DNA of 64,000 nucleotides from positions 160,001 to 224,000 of the forward strand of contig BTWA01000003.1 in assembly GCA_045863295.1 (NCBI GenBank), in the 5' to 3' direction. Shown here piece after piece: positions 62,836-64,000 of the stretch. Position numbers and translations under genes: made by a program. The notes under the pieces are model-generated. The model was not told the origin of the DNA and made no database searches. It saw only the letters and a list, made by a program, of their open reading frames with translations. Positions within the stretch are counted from its first letter, which is position 1; each line of letters starts with the position of its first letter. Source of the DNA: Candidatus Hydrogenedentota bacterium (GTDB taxonomy: Bacteria > Hydrogenedentota > Hydrogenedentia > Hydrogenedentales > SLHB01).

Positions 62836-63326
62836 TTAACCGCAGATGTCGCAGATGAGCGCAGATATCCGGATCAGTAATTCAGTACGACCCGCTTGAA
62901 CTCAAGACGATCCTTTCCAAAATTCAATATTAGGCCTCGCCTCAAGCCGGTCGATCGCAGGTAGTTGATCACTTGCGCCATATGCTCAGGCAGAATTGCC
63001 TTGCAGACTTTGAGTTCAACTACGACCGCTTCAAAACAGACAAAATCTGCTACATAGTGTTTCTTTAGAGGAACACCTTTGTATTGCAGGCGAATCTCAT
63101 TTTCGCGCAAATACGGAATGCCTTGCATCGTCAACTCGATTTCGAAGCACTCCTGATACACTGGCTCCAGAAATCCCATCCCCTTTTCGTTGTGGACTTC
63201 CATCCCCGCGCCTATGAGCCGGTGCGTTTCTGGATCTCGTTCATCGTCCACTTGGCAATCTCCCCATGCCACGAAAAGTATTTTTGGTTTCCTTCATCTG
63301 CGTCCATCTGCGACATCTGCGGCTAA
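62836..63326. mobile_element. Candidate inverted-repeat-bounded GxxExxY cassette
   Basis: 31-bp inverted repeats at 62836-62866 and 63296-63326 (28/31 match) enclosing one ORF. Confidence 0.55.
62874..63251 (-). CDS. GxxExxY protein (PD-(D/E)XK nuclease-like)
   Basis: GFLEPVY (GxxExxY), ADF..VVVELK, AQVINYL, GLILNFG; GGGGAG RBS before GTG. Confidence 0.92.
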   Translation of the reverse strand: MDDERDPETHRLIGAGMEVHNEKGMGFLEPVYQECFEIELTMQGIPYLRENEIRLQYKGVPLKKHYVADFVCFEAVVVELKVCKAILPEHMAQVINYLRSTGLRRGLILNFGKDRLEFKRVVLNY

Positions 63327-63336
63327 GCTTGATTTT

Positions 63337-64000
63337 CTACCAGCCGTGGGCGTTGCGGACTTTCACCATGACGCCCAGGATATCGTTCCAAGTTTGCTGT
63401 TTCATCATGGTTGCGTTGGGGAACATGCAGCCGTCCCAGCAAATGTGCTGGAAAGCCTTGGTCGGTTGACCGTCCGCGCCGCGCATCCAGAAGCCCGCGT
63501 GTTTCACGATGTCGAGTTTGCCGTTGGGATCGTTGGGCAGGCAGTGCCGGCCCGTCTTGTCGTGCGATCCCGACCCGAACACGGTTGCGTCGTTTTGCGC
63601 GATGTGGAAATCGATGGTCCACGGCCGCAACGCATCCGTGAGCGTTTTCAACGCGGCATCGAGCACGCCTTGATCTTTCCAGTCGTATCCCGCAGGCAGG
63701 ATGGCGTCTTTCTCCGCGTTGGCACCCAGCGTGTAGAGCAGCGTATGCGCCATATCGGCCTGGAACCCCAACGTCTTGGGCCGATCCACCAACTCAAGAA
63801 GCTTGATCATCTCCTTCCACGAATGCATGCCGCCCCAACAAATCTCGCCTTCCGCGGCCAGCCGCTCGCCATAGCCTTCGGCCACGTCGCACGCTTCGCG
63901 GAACGTGTTGGCGATCGTGCGCGTGCCTTCCGCCGGGTTCGCATCCCAGTCACCCACGCCACAGGCGGAGTCGATGCGGATCACGCCGTAGGGACGCGCG
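63337..64000 (-). CDS. Sugar-phosphate isomerase/epimerase TIM-barrel protein (5' end outside window)
   Basis: [36 protein letters not shown]. Confidence 0.8.
   Translation of the reverse strand, partial: ARPYGVIRIDSACGVGDWDANPAEGTRTIANTFREACDVAEGYGERLAAEGEICWGGMHSWKEMIKLLELVDRPKTLGFQADMAHTLLYTLGANAEKDAILPAGYDWKDQGVLDAALKTLTDALRPWTIDFHIAQNDATVFGSGSHDKTGRHCLPNDPNGKLDIVKHAGFWMRGADGQPTKAFQHICWDGCMFPNATMMKQQTWNDILGVMVKVRNAHGW

Overview
GC-rich bacterial chromosomal window. The gene repertoire (ANE-type pilin, H-X9-DG protein, DUF1080/ThuA/sulfatase/PVC-type heme protein) suggests Ca. Hydrogenedentota or a PVC-like diderm; this is inference only. Left part: a minus-strand htrA/pseudo-htrA/TPR/apaG run, and a division/cell-wall (dcw) cluster (mraZ-STAS-rsmH-ftsL-ftsI-murE-murF-mraY-murD-ftsW-murG) with a clear sigma70 promoter and MraZ boxes. 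The cluster carries an unexpected STAS gene and an MraY with a ~150-aa insertion. Middle: RND efflux pair, Tat-AKR, acyltransferase, YncE-phosphoesterase, amidohydrolase, sigma4-only/HEAT pair, a pilin with a sigma54-type promoter, and an atypical Clp ATPase coupled to a degenerate FHA membrane protein. Right part: toxin-antitoxin debris, ilvD, a nucleotidyltransferase pair, carbohydrate/sulfatase genes, three distinct REP-like repeat families, and a GxxExxY nuclease-fold gene bracketed by 31-bp inverted repeats at an operon junction (top candidate for an undescribed mobile/intervening element). No rRNA, tRNA, CRISPR array or transposase recognised. All calls come from motif recognition by eye; no database search was run.
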